From Amoebidium appalachense (taxonomy: Eukaryota; Protista; Ichthyosporea), in assembly GCA_963693365.1 (NCBI GenBank), contig CAVNZM010000009.1, positions 5,462,245-5,526,244 on the forward strand: a stretch of 64,000 nucleotides of DNA. The letters are read 5' to 3'. Both the position numbers and the translations under genes were made by a program. The notes under the pieces were generated by a model that was given only the letters and a program-made list of their open reading frames with translations, did no database searches and was not told the origin of the DNA. This document shows, in pieces, positions 29,896 through 43,127 of the stretch (the stretch's first letter is position 1; the number at the start of each line of letters is the position of its first letter).

Positions 29896-30716
29896 CCTCC
29901 TCTCTCCCCCTCAGCAATTCTGTGTTTCGGTCGGCCCAAAGCAAAACATCCACAGCTCATCTATGCCCTTCTTTTTCACCCTCTGCCGTCTGTACATCTA
30001 TCTCAACTTAATGCACACACCTTCTCCCTCTATTCCCTCCATTTTTTACGTTCTTGGGGTATTGCCACTGACCCTTGTGGTGGGGCTGCATGTGTGCGCT
30101 GGTGTGGGGGCACAGCCAGCCCCTCCTTCCTCTGTCTTTGCCGGTGGCCCACTCTGCCCTAGCCCGCCTGGCCCCTCACATCAGCAACCCCCCCCCCCCC
30201 CCTCTCCCGGGTGGGCAGCACACCGGCATCAGCCGCAGGGTTTGGCACCGCATAGGACCCTGCAACCTTCTGTGGGCCCACAGGTCAGTACCGGCCCTGG
30301 CAGAGGGGGAGGGGGGCCTTTGTGAAGCAACCATGTGGGTGTGAGGTCGCGTGCACGTGCGCAGGTGTGTGTGCACTCATGCCCCTGCTTGCCACCCACC
30401 CACAACACACCCTCCTCTCCCTAGAGGTGTCCCCTGGTGCCGTGAGTGGACCAAGCAAACAAGGCCCTTGAGACCACTGCTACTCGAGCACTATGAGCGC
30501 TGACTCATGCACATGCTATGCAAGGCACCCCCCCCATGCACACAGTGGCTGTGTGGCTGCCTACCAGGTCGTGGGCCAGTTCAGGCGGCAGCACCATGCT
30601 GCCCCCCTTTGCCGCCCTGAGTCTGTCCAGTAGTTCCTGGTTGAGCCGCCGCAGCTGCCCTATCTCGTGCTCCTGCACACAGACACACGCGCTCAGTCCC
30701 TGCTCTATCTCGTGCT

Positions 30717-30753
<37 letters not shown>

Positions 30754-31173
30754 AGTCCCTGCCCTATCTCGTGCTCCTGCACACACACACACACACAGTC
30801 CCTGCCCTATCTCGTGCTCCTGCACAAACACACACACACATACTCAGTCCCTGCCCTATCTCGTGCTCCTGCACACACACACACAAACACACACACATAC
30901 TCAGTCCCTGCCCTATCTCGTGCTCCTGCACACACACACACACACGCTCAGTCCCTGCCCTATCTCGTGCTCCTGCACACACACACACACACACACTCAG
31001 TCCCTGCCCTATCTTGTGCTCCTGCACACACACACACACACACATACTCAGTCCCTGCCCTATCTCGTGCTCCTGCACACACACACACACACACACACAT
31101 ACTCAGGTCCCTGCCCTATCTCGTGCTCCTGCACACACACACACACACTCAGTCCCTGCCCCATCTCGTGCTC

Positions 31174-31266
<93 letters not shown>

Positions 31267-32139
31267 CTCAGCCCCTGCCTGCCTGCCTGCCTGCACGAGC
31301 CACCCCCCACCTGGGCCTGTGTAGCCCTGCGCAGCATGTCTATGTACTCTGTGGACCGCACGAGCACCTCCACCGTGGAGGGCCTATCCCCCCGTATGGC
31401 CGGCACCTTCTGCTTGAGCTCCTGCACCCCACTCAGTCCAGGCTCAGCTACCCCCGCCCCCTCCAAAAACCAAAACCACACATGCACACACAAACCAACA
31501 CCAACACGCAGGCAGCTAAACACATGCAAGCACACACACACACACGAGCACAAACACAAGCACGAAAACAGGAGCGCGCACACACACACACGCACACACA
31601 CACACACACCTATGGCCGAGCACATACAGACAGAAAAAAAAATAACAAGCAAGTAGACAGGCCACCGCAGGCCGCTGCACACACAGACAGACAGACAGAC
31701 AAACACAAATACACACACACGCACACAGACAGCTATACACATGCATGCACACAACACCAGCGCACAGGCAGGCAAGTACACACAGCTTAACACACACAGA
31801 CAGAAACACAAAGCGAGCAAAGCCTCACAGGCGCACAAAAACACGAGCACATATACAGGAGCACAAAAGCCCGAACAGTAGCACAAGCACACGCACGTTC
31901 ATGTGGCGCCCCCACACATGCATAGCGGAAGCCTGTGCGAACATGCCCAGGCACACGCACCTGCAGGCGCTCCTTCTGCACTATGCGGCGCTTGCGCTCG
32001 AGGGCATTGTGGTTTGCGCGCTTTGCCTCCTCGCTGCGCCCCCGTCAGCACCCCTGCACAGGCCTGCCCCCAGGCACACACACACGCACCTGCGGACAGG
32101 CTCCTGGGGGCTGGGCAGGCTGTGGCTTCTGAAGGACAT
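28397..32139 (-). CDS. Max/Mxd/Myc-family bHLH-leucine zipper protein with a probable C-terminal PHD finger
   Basis: Spliced N-terminus: [96 protein letters not shown] (compare Max [13 protein letters not shown]...ATEYI). Last exons (~28535-28695, 28397-28450) give SAEIDIVDD and CTC..CKVC..HAEC..CSRC. Middle exon boundaries (29000-30280) are less certain. Confidence 0.82.
30655..31180 (-). repeat. Tandem array (~11 copies) of an acceptor site plus the first 18 nt of the zipper exon
   Basis: Minus-strand unit (TG)n-CAG|GAGCACGAGATAGGGCAG-GGACTGAG. Confidence 0.93.
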
Positions 32140-32741
32140 GGTGCTGTGAGGCCCGCAAAGGGCGGAGAGGGCCACGGTGTTGGCAGCGGATTGTTCAGGC
32201 TGCAGCAGTGCTCCCCCCGCAGCTTGGGGTACACAGCTAATATAGGTGTGTGTGGCCGTGCGGGCTGTGACTACAGTGACAGTAGTGGTTGCTTGTACAT
32301 GTAATACGTACGGTGCTTCTGAACGTACAAGGCCCATGATCTTATGAACCGGCATCGTGGCTCACGGACTGAGCCAGTCGATCGCGATCAACAACAGTCC
32401 ACACTCGGGCCGGCAACGGCTGTCCTCAAACATTTCACAAACGAAGGTGCGAGGGACAACAGGGAGGCCCTGTGCTCAAGGCGTAGCACCCCGCCTTTTA
32501 CTTTGCGCCCACCCCTCTTGCTGCCCAGCAGTCTGCCCTTTAAGAACCATTACAAGCAAACAAGCCTAGGAGAGCAAGGCCCAAGCATGGGCCAAGCAGT
32601 GTATTGTGGCGTCACGGTGACCACGTTTTCGAGCTACGGTAACCCCCCCCCCCCCCCCTCCCCCCCCTCCCCCCCGGCGCACACACCCACCTACACACAT
32701 TGCTGTGGTCTGCGGCCAGCGCACTTTAAAACAGTTTATTA

Positions 32742-33354
32742 TTACTCCAGCAGCTCGTGCAGCATCCTGTCCAGCTCGGCCTTGATGTCCGTGTACTTCT
32801 TGGTCTCCGTGTCCACCTCCCCCTGCAGCCGCGTGCACTGCTTTTCCAGGTCCCGCACCTGCACCTTAATAAGTCAGCACCAGCTCTCCCCTCCTCCCCT
32901 CCCCCCCCCCCCCCCTCCGTCCACCTCCCCCTTCATCCCTACCTACCCTCCGTCCCTCCCTTCCCCCTCCCTCTCTCCGCCCCCCCCCCCCCCCTCCCCC
33001 CCCCCCCCTCCCCTCCGTCCCCCTTCCTCCCCCCCCCCCCTCTCTCACCTTGCGCTCGAGCTGCTCGGCCATCAGCTCCTTGTCGCTGCTGGCCCTGCTG
33101 CTGTCTCTGCTGTGTGCCAGCTGCTCCTCGGCCGTCTCAAGGTCGGCCTCCAGCCGCTTCTGCTTGCCCTCGGCTGCCTGGTAGCGGGCCTCCACCTTGT
33201 CGCACTTGCTGTGCCATTCCTGCAGCAAACGGCTCAATCAGTGGGTGTGCACGGTCTACAGGTGCAGAGCCGTAGAACACGGTACAGAGTATGGGCCGAT
33301 ACACAAAACGATACAGATACAAGCAGCACCCATGCTTGTAGCACACCGAAAGAA

Positions 33355-33395
<41 letters not shown>

Positions 33396-33641
33396 GTGTG
33401 TGAGAGGAGGGGGGGGAAGGGGCTGCTGCTGTAAGCAGTGACAAGCATGGTGAAAAGACATCAATAAGCCCACAGAGACAACCACACAAACAGCCACCCA
33501 TCAACTGTGCAGGTTTCAAAAACTTGAGCAGAGCCTAACCACAAGTGTTCCCCAAGTAAACCCCAGCCCTCACAAAAGAAGAGGGGCACAGGCACACCGT
33601 CCTGAAAAACTTCGCTTATGGTTCCCAACCCGTCTCTTAAA

Positions 33642-33684
<43 letters not shown>

Positions 33685-35056
33685 GGATGGGAGGGGTGTG
33701 TGTGCGGGAGGTATGGGTGGATGGGTGGCTGCGGAGGGGGGAGGGGGGATTCGGAGTACAAACATTCAAGATCGACAACACAGCAGTTTCTGAATAGCAC
33801 GCACAAGAGTATGAATCATGGATAGAACCCGTCCTAAGGGGTGGCTTATGTCATGTCATTCACAGTACCCAAGTTTCGATCCCTGCCCCTTGCGTGAAAC
33901 CCAACTCACATACTGCTTCGCTTATGCATGGCCATCCGCCTTAATTCGGACCGAGTAGGATTACTTTAACAAGCAAAAGTACACGCAAGAGCAGTGGGAA
34001 GGGACCGGGACTTCGGTTGCAGCAGAAAACAACTAGCATAGAGGGAAGCGCGTGGGGACGGGGGTAAAAGGGAGGGGGGGGGGGGGGGGGTCAATAATAC
34101 ACAAAAAGGCATGTGAGGGGAGGGGAGAGTCGTGAGCGGCACACCGAACATGGGCACATAAAAGAAGAAAAAAACAGGCATGAAACCACTGTCGAGTTAG
34201 GAGAGGAAACAGAGTTGCAAAAGTCCCAAAGAGAGAAACGGTAATTGAGAATGGCTTGGAGCCACAAAAACGGAGGGGGGGGGAGGGGGGAGGGGGGGGG
34301 GGGGGGAGGGGAGGCAAGCACGTATGCATCCGTCAAACGGCCAACGGGACGAGAGGGATGAGAGAGAGGAGGTGGGTGGCTGCGTGGGTGGCTGTGGTCT
34401 TGGGGGGTCATGGTACACAGTGCAAATACGCAAAGCCAAACAGCCTGCAGGATACAAACCGTCGAACAAAAAGGAATAAACACAGAGAAGACAGCAAGAA
34501 AAGGACGAGCAGGTGTAAAAAGGTGGCGGTGGTGGTGGGGGGAGAGGTGGGGGGGGGTAGAGAGCGATATAGAGTATGAAGTACTGCGGGAGGGGGCGCG
34601 GCGGGGAGGGGCGGGAGAGGGGAGGGGGCAGGGGGGGGAAGGAGGGGGGAAGAGGGGCTATAATCAAGTCGGCTAACTTATAGATCCGAAGCAATCCAAT
34701 CATACGAATTAGGGAACACCCTTTGGGCAGGGGGGGAGGGGGGGGGGGGTGGGGGAGAGGAGCAGATCATTGCACATGGCTTGGCATGACTTGGCAGCAT
34801 GTATACACAGGCAGAGACACGTCCAGTTTACACGAGAGGATCCTTGACACATGCACAAAGTATGCATACGTCATACTGTGGCGTTTCTGTACGTGTGTCT
34901 GCCTCTACATAGGCAGCTGCGAGGGCAAGCATCTGTAGTGCTGCTTGCACAGGCTGTGTGCATATGCTTTGTACTTGTGCGCGTGACTGTGAGAGTGTGT
35001 GCAATTTCTATTCTTCCCTTTTAGTAAATGGGTTTGGTGCTGTGCGCACCTGTGTG

Positions 35057-35095
<39 letters not shown>

Positions 35096-35769
35096 ATGTG
35101 CATGTGTGTGCTTTTGTCTTTGTGTCTGTGCTGTGCATGTGTGGGTGGTTCTCGCCTGAATACTTATGCAGGTGCTCGTGAGTTATTTGTGGATGGAGAG
35201 GTAGGGATGTATAGTTTAGTTTACGTTTGTGCGCCATGCTGTGTGTACAGACGTGCCTGTATTTGCTTCAAAGTTGTGTTCGGTGTGTGCCCTTGGTATG
35301 TCGATGACTGCAGTTTTGTGGGTTGCCCTTGTGGGTTTGTCTATGCATGTACGCCTGCGTCCTTGTGTGTAAGAGCGTGCGTGTGTGAGTGCGCGTGCTG
35401 TATGTGCGCGTGAGAGCATGCCTGCTTGGGTGTGCGTGTGCGCGCGAGGCGTACCTTTAGCTGGCGCTCCAGCTCTTCTACCTTGCCGCTCTCAGCGGAC
35501 TTGTGGCTGCTGCGGGCCTTGCGGTCGGCCTCCTCTGCGCGTGCCTCGTACTGCTTGAGGCGGGTCTCGAACTGCGTGTTGCGCTCCTCGGCCTTGGCCA
35601 GGTCTGTCTCCAGCAGCTTGAGCTTGTTGGCCAGCGACTGCTGGCTGCCCTCCATGGCCGCCGCCCGCTCCTTGGCCTCCTTGAGCTGCGCCTCCGCCTG
35701 CTCGGCCCGCTCCGTGGCCGTCGTGGCGTCGCTTTTGAGCTGCTCCATCTTCTTCTTAATGGCCTCCAT
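32742..35769 (-). CDS. Tropomyosin-like coiled-coil protein, 3 exons, ~200 aa
   Basis: Exons ~35455-35769, ~33049-33219 and 32742-32858. N-terminus MEAIKKKM, heptad pattern throughout, C-terminus KYTDIKAELDRMLHELLE. Confidence 0.85.
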
Positions 35770-36353
35770 CGTGGCGAAGTACGCTGTGCGTCTACCACAG
35801 GTGTTAGCTGTTTAGCTATGTTTTTTGCTACGTTTGCGCGGCAGAACTGGGCGCCCCAGCTCTGCGTTTCATTGTGTACACAGCCAGCACCCTGTTGACG
35901 CACAGTGGTCAAAAATGCAAAGCCACCAGCCAGTGGCATGCTGGTGCGTATAGCCATATTAGGCAACAATGGCGCAAACATCCGGTTGCCTGTTGCCATA
36001 GCCAGCCGCATACCACATCCACGCACAAGATTCTGTCCGGCACAAGATGCTACCTGACCTTACCTTTCTCGGATCGCTCGAGCTCGGGTATGTCCGAAGT
36101 TGACCGTCATGTTTTTTCCTTTATTACTGTTTTTTGTTTTTGGTAGCTGAGGGCCGGAAAGCTTCAGTACACTAGCTAGAGGTCAGGCTGACTCCGTGTG
36201 AATTCCTTGGTCGCCCAACGACATTCAGACCGTGTGCCTGTGTTGTCTGCCCGCTGGGGGCCACTAGTTAACCAGAAAAGCACCAAGGGTTAAGCTGCCG
36301 TCACAGCAGGACCACTGGGTGTGTGCCACCTTGGCACCGTGTGGCCAGGCAGG

Positions 36354-37045
36354 ATGGGGGCCTGCCTGCTGCTGCTGGGCCTGCTAGCCCCGGCTGCAGC
36401 AATATTCCTGCCCGGTGTGGCCCCACGCGGCTACGAGGAGGTGTGAGCCTGCAAAACGGGGACGGGTGGGTGGGTGGGTGGGTGGTGGTGGTGGTGGTGG
36501 TGGTGGTGGGGGGGGGGGGGAGGGGAGAAGGCGGTGGAAGGAACGGGGGGGGAAATGGGCGTGAGAGCAGGTTGGCAGCAGTAGGGCTGGGGTAGAGGTG
36601 TGTGTGCATTCTGGGGGAGGTTGCGGCTAGGAGGGGAGGCTGAGCCGGAGGTGGGGGTGGCAGGGCGAGGCAGTGGCGGTGTGGGCTAACGAGCTGACGT
36701 CCCGGGAGACGGTGCTGGGCCACGAGTACAGCCACTACGACCTGTGCCCGGCAACAGACCCGGCAGACTACCGCCCAAACCTGGGCCAGCGCCTGTTTGG
36801 CGACCGTTACCAGCAGACGGCCTACGAGGTGCATGCCTGTGGTGTGTGTGTGTGTGTGTGTGTGTGTAGAGGGGGGGAGGGGGGGGAGGGGGGCAGCAGC
36901 TGAGGGGGGCCGCAGATCAACTTTCTGCGAGACACAGGGTGCAGCAACGTATGCACCAAGGAGTACAACTGGGACAAGGAGGACGACAGAGCAAGACTGA
37001 GCGAGCTGCTAGTGGCCATACGTGACGAATACTACCACCACTGGT

Positions 37046-37101
<56 letters not shown>

Positions 37102-37813
37102 GTGGGGTGGTGTGGGGTGGTAGGGGGTGTGGGGTATGGGGTGGTGTGGGGTGGTAGGGGGTGTGGGGTGGTAGGGGGTGTGGGGTGGTAGGGGGTGTGG
37201 GGTGGTGTGGGGTATGGGGTGGTGCTGTCAGGGTATGTTGGGTGACACTGACGGTGCGTGCAGGGTGGTGGACAACCTGGACGTTCTGCTGACCCACATC
37301 CAGGGCCAGCCCACACAGGCCCAGGAGCTGGGCCACCCGCTCGGCCTGCTGTCGGTGCGTGCAGCCTGTGCTCTCTGCCACAGCCACAGAGCATACAGCC
37401 ACAAGCAGGGCCTGCACAGATCCATTACGCTGTGCAAAACAGTGCGCATGCTGTTGTAGTGGCCACGTGCATGGCTGTGTGTGCTGACCCACGTGCATGG
37501 CTGTGTGCTGACCCTCGTGCATGGCCGTGTGCAGGGGGGGCCTATGTGGTGCTCAACCACGCCAACCTGACCATCCTCTACCACGACCCCGAGACCCTGC
37601 CTGTGCGCCCAAACACAAAACTCATTGTCGGCGCACAGCTGGCCCTGGCAAGGTCCGCGCCTTGGCTGTGTGCATAGTGCGTGTGTGTGCGTGCGTGTGT
37701 CGTGTGTGATTTGCCTGGTGTGGTGTGTATGTGTATGTCGGGTGCCCATGGGTGTGTGCGTGTGTGTGTCTGTCTGTGCGTGTGCGTGTGCGTGTGTGCG
37801 CGCGCGCGCGCGC

Positions 37814-37870
<57 letters not shown>

Positions 37871-38008
37871 CAGGTTCTAAGTGATGTCCAAGCAGCCGGA
37901 TCAGCTGTGGCAAGGAGCAGCCGCTTGTGATCAACCCGCAGGGGGGCGGTGCCAAGCAGGTCATCCGCTGGACCTACGAGGTGCACTTCCAGGTGGGTGC
38001 CTGCCTGT

Positions 38009-38039
<31 letters not shown>

Positions 38040-39248
38040 GGGGGGAAGGAGGAGGGCGGGGGGGGGAGGAGGGGACGGGGAGGGGAGAGGAGGGGGGCAG
38101 AGCACTGATGGGGCAGCAGGCCAGTCCTCTGCGCTGGGCATCACGGTGGGACCCCTATCTGGCCATCCAGCATGCTGAGATCAGGTGGCTTAGGTGCGCC
38201 CAGCCCATCCTCCCTGCACTCAACCTCACTCCATCCTCACTGCCCCCCCCCCCCCCCCCCCCCTCCCCCCCCCCCCCCCCCCCCCCCCCCCTCCCCCCCC
38301 CCCCCCCCCCCCCCCCCCTCCCCGGACCAGCACTCACTCACCCGCTGGTCCGTGCGCCTTCACCAAGCAGCATACAAAGAGGGCCCACATGGTCCATTGC
38401 AGGTTGCAGACATGGTTGCCGTGGCCGGGCCCGGGGTGTGTGGCTGGTTGGGTAGTGTGTCCGCATCTGTCTTTTTCTCACTGTGTGTGTCCATCTCTGT
38501 GCACCTGTTCTCTCTTGGTGTGTGTCTGTGGTCGGTATGTGCTCTTTGTGTCTGGCCCCTGCATGTGTCTGTCTTTGCGCTCTCTCTGCCTGTGGCTGTT
38601 GTGCCCTGCACCAGCACGCTGACACAGCACACAGCATAGCCAACTCGCTGGTGATTGTTTTGTTCCTGTCGGGCATGGTGGCCATGATTCTGCTGCGTAC
38701 GGTCTACCGCGACATAGCCCGCTACAACCGCCTGGACATCAGGGACGAGGTCGGACATCCCCCCCTCCCCTCCTGGCTGGCCTTTGGTGTGTTGTGCTGA
38801 CAGGTGGGGCAGGAGGAACAGGGGGACGAGAGTGGCTGGAAGATGGTGCACGGGGATGTGTTCCGGGCCCCCAGCCACTCCCTGCTGCTGTCGGCCCTGG
38901 TCGGCTCCGGCTCACAGCTGCTGGCCATGGTCTCCCTGTGCCTGCGTAGGGCCCCTACCTGCCTGCCTGCCTGCCTGCCTGCCTGACCTGGGCCCCCAAT
39001 ATTGCTTCCTGAGAATGGGATGATGCATTATCTTTGTATATTGGCGGCAAAACCTACATTGTGTTGTCTGTCCTGAATGTACACTCTGTACACTGCAACA
39101 CATTCTTGACCCCCTGGCTTCCTGCCCATGCCTGTGTGTGTACTTTCTTGCATGCGAGGACATGAGAGGTCTGTTCAACCTGTGTGTGCCCCCACCGTCC
39201 TGTGTCTGCCTGGGTCATTCGTCCATACATATGCTTTACGTGTCGTGC

Positions 39249-39279
<31 letters not shown>

Positions 39280-41432
39280 AAAAAAAAAGAAATACGCTCC
39301 CCTCCCACCCATGCCCTTGCCTTGTGCATGTGCTCTGGGCAGTGCATGTGTATGGCCACAAACCCACACCCAAGGTGCCTTGCTGACTGGAGCGCAGTGT
39401 TCTCGTTCCTGCACCTGCTGTCGCCTGTGCGGCGGGGGTCGATCCTGACGGGGGCGGTGGTGCTGTTTGTGTGCCTGGGCGCCCTGGCCGGCTACGTAGC
39501 TGCCCGCATGGACCGCATGTTTGGGGGTGCACGGGCGAAGGCAAATGTGGCCCTCACAGCCCTGCTGGTCCCGGGGTAGGTGCCTGCCTGCCTGCTGATA
39601 GGTGTGCAGCACATCTTGTGTGTGTGCCGTGTGCAGGCTGATCTTATGTGTGTGCCGTGTGCAGGCTGATGTTATGTGTGGCTGTGCAGGCTGATGTTAT
39701 GTGTGGCCGTGCAGGCTAATCTTATGTGTGGCCGTGCAGGCTAATCTTATGTGTGGCCGTGCAGGCTGTTCTTCTCGATCTTTCTGCTGCTCAACACGGT
39801 ACTGTGGGCCGAGACCAGTGCCAGCCACGTGGCCTTTGGGCCCATGCTGCTGCTGATTGGCCTGTGGTTCCTCGTCTCCCTGCCCCTGACCGCCGTGGGC
39901 GCATACCTGGGGTACCGCAAGCCGGTGGGTGCATGGGGCCTTGTGTTCAATGTCCTTTTTCTTTCTTTGTGTGTGTGTGTGCGTGTGTGCGTGCGTGTGT
40001 GCGTTTGTGCGTGCGTGTGCGTGTGCGTTCGTGTGGGTGGGTGGGTGAGTGGGTGGGTGGATGGGTTGGTGGGGGAGGGGGTGGGGGTATGTACTACACG
40101 GAAGCATTGTTCCCGCTGACCCCGACATTACTTTCCCCGATGTTTTTTGGGGGGTGCCTGGTCTCCTGGGTGCTGGCGTGCAGGTGTGTGCTTTGGAGGT
40201 TGACTGGCGTCTGTAGCCATCAATGGGGCCAGGGGTGGTGGTGGTGGGAGGGAAAGGAGCTGTGGTGCATGTAAGGATGGTGCATGGAGTGGTGTTGATG
40301 GTGTGGCTGGTTGCTGTTTGGCTGGGTGGTGTGGCTGATTGCTGGGTCTTTATGTTTCTCAATATATCGGGGGTTGGCAAATTGCATCATTTGATTGGTT
40401 TTTGAACATTAACTCATTGTTCAGTGATCGTGGACTTGTGATTGGTCAACTGTGTCTTTAGTTGCATTAAATTTGAGAAATTGATGAGGAGGCTCTGAGG
40501 ATTGATTGCGGTTCTGATAAGCAATTTAAAATTTAGCCCAATCAGAGGTCATAAAGCACCTATGAAAGCCTATTATATTAGAAGATCACCCATCAAAGCA
40601 AAACCAAAAAGCCATTTAGGAACGGAAAAACCGGCTGATTGGCTGGGTGGTGTGGCTGGTTGTTGATTGGCTGGGTGCTGTGGCTGGTTGCTGATTGGCT
40701 GGGTGGTTGTGGCTGGTTGCTGATTGGGTGGGTGGTGTGGTTGATTGCTGACTGGCTGGTTACAGGCCCCTGAGCCCCCCGTACGGATCAACCAGATAGC
40801 CCGTGAGATCCCTGTGCAGGTACATGCCCCCCCCCCCCCCCCCCCTCCCCCCCCTCTGGACCATGTGCTGATTTTTGCTGCAGCCCCGATACATGGGCCC
40901 TGTGGTGTCTGTGCTGCTGGCCGGGCTGCTGCCGTTCCTTGCCATCTTCATCGAGCTGTACTTCCTGCTGGGCTCGGTCTGGTGGGTGGCCCCCAGCGCC
41001 TGCATGTTGCTGTGGGTGTGGGCTGACTGGGCTGCAGGAACCACCGGCTGTACTTTCTGCCATTCTTCTTGCTGCTGGTGTTTGCCATCCTGGTCGTGGT
41101 CTGTGCCGAGGTCACCGTGTTGCTGGCATACTTCCAGCTGTGCCAGGAGGTGAGTGCATGCAGAGGAGGAGGGGGGGGGGGGAGGGCATGGGCTGACAGG
41201 CACATGGGTGTGTGTGCAGGACCACCAGTGGTGGTGGCCGGCCTACTGGCGGTCGGCAGGGCCTGCGCTGTACTTCTTTGCCTACAGCATCTACTACCTG
41301 TGCACGGCCCTGACCTTCAAGGGCGCCGTCAACACGTTCCTGTATCTGGGCTTCACCCTGCTGATCACTATCGCCTTTGCCGCCATGACCGGTGAGTGTC
41401 TCCGTATAGCCATTATACATGCCCGTGCGTGC

Positions 41433-41481
<49 letters not shown>

Positions 41482-41596
41482 GAGGGGGGGGCTCTGGGGC
41501 TGCAGGACGAGTACTGACACGGCTGCAGGGTGTGTGGGGCTACTGGCGACACTGCTGTTTGTTCGGCGCATCTATGGCTCGGTCAAAATCGACTAA
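36354..41596 (+). CDS. Transmembrane 9 superfamily (nonaspanin/EMP70) protein, TM9SF2/4-like, multi-exon
   Basis: Signal peptide followed by FLPGVAP. Motifs: [90 protein letters not shown], and C-terminal IYGSVKID*. Confidence 0.95.
39632..39768 (+). repeat. ~25-bp tandem array of branch point plus acceptor in a TM9SF intron
   Basis: GCAG|GCT(G/A)AT(C/G)TTATGTGTGGCCGT x ~5, ending in the true GTGCAG|GCTGTTC. Confidence 0.9.
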
Positions 41597-41920
41597 CAAG
41601 TACTGCTTGCACAAGGGCATGCAACATCGGGTGCCAAGTACTGCATGCACAAGGACATACGACATAGGGTGCCAAAAACTGCTTGCACAAGGACATAGCA
41701 TACGACATAGGGTGCCAAGGACTGCATGCACAACGACATAACATACGACACAGGGTGCCAAGTACTGCTTGCACAAGGACATACGACATGGGGTGCCAAG
41801 TACTGCTTGCACAAGGACATAGCATACGACATAGGGTGCCAAGTACTGCTTGCACAAGGAATAACATACGACATAGAGTGCCAAGTACTGCTTGCACGAG
41901 GACATAGCATAGGGTGCCGG
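41597..41920. repeat. Minisatellite starting right after the TM9SF stop codon
   Basis: CAAGTACTGCTTGCACAAGGACAT(AGCAT)ACGACATAGGGTGC x ~8. Confidence 0.9.
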
Positions 41921-42225
41921 CTGTGCCGCACTGCGGACACAGGACCTGGCGCCTGCACATTCTGTATATATATAGTAGTGGTCGGGCATGCCCCGGGCAG
42001 CCCACCAATGATTGACACTTTACACCGTCTAGTTAGCATGCCCACCTCCAAGAGCCACAAAGGCAAAACAGACGAATATATTTAACAGTAGTTTAAAATG
42101 CAAGAATACAAGGTCTACAAAATACACTGTCTCTACATTCATTAATCACATGACCAAGTAGTCCCCTCTCTCTCAGCACGGGCCCCAGTGCCGACCCAGC
42201 ACGGTGCCAAATGGGTGCATGGAGG

Positions 42226-42859
42226 CTATGCCGCCACCAGCTGGGGCTTGTCCTGCTGTGTCTCCTCTGCACCCCCCACCCAGTCAGCCTCCTCCCCCCC
42301 CCTTACCCCCCTTCTCCCCCCTCCCTCCCCCCCCCACACACACCACCCCCCCATGCCCCCATCCACGTGCACGCACCGACAGCAGGCAGGGGCACGTCGG
42401 GCACATCGGGGGCATTCTCCAGAGCCTCAAGGGCATCCAGTGCTGCTGCATCATCTGAAACCCCCCCGTGAGCATGCATCATAGACCCCCCATGTGGGCA
42501 TGCATCATAGACCCCCCTGTGGGCATGCATCATAAACCCCCCTGTGGGCATGCATCACAGATCCCCCTGTCTGCACACCATAACCCCCACCCACCCTCTG
42601 CCTGCTGTGCCTGCTCCTCCACCTTGGCCACCTGTTCCGCCTGTTCCACCTGTTCCACCTGCTCGACCTGTTCGGGTACAGCCTCGGCCGCAGTCTCCTG
42701 CACGTGGCTGCAGGTCAGTGCAGGCCCTGCATGGCCAGTGGGCATGCCTGTGTCTGTTTGGTGCATGCAAAGTGCCTGTGTCTGATTGGTGCATGCAAAG
42801 TGTCCGTCTCTATTGAAGGGTGTACTTGCGTGGTGGTCTTCAAGCAAATTTGTGCTGCG

Positions 42860-42941
<82 letters not shown>

Positions 42942-43053
42942 TGTGTATGTGTTGATGTGTGTGTGAGGCGTGTGTGTGAGGTGTGTGTGTGTGTGTTTGT
43001 GACTACAAGATTGATTTTTTTCCTGTGTGCGTGTGTGTGTGTTTGTCGTGTGT

Positions 43054-43127
<74 letters not shown>

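Noticed and set aside
40345-40632. AT-rich insertion in a TM9SF intron as a MITE
   Set aside because: No terminal inverted repeats or target duplication could be identified.
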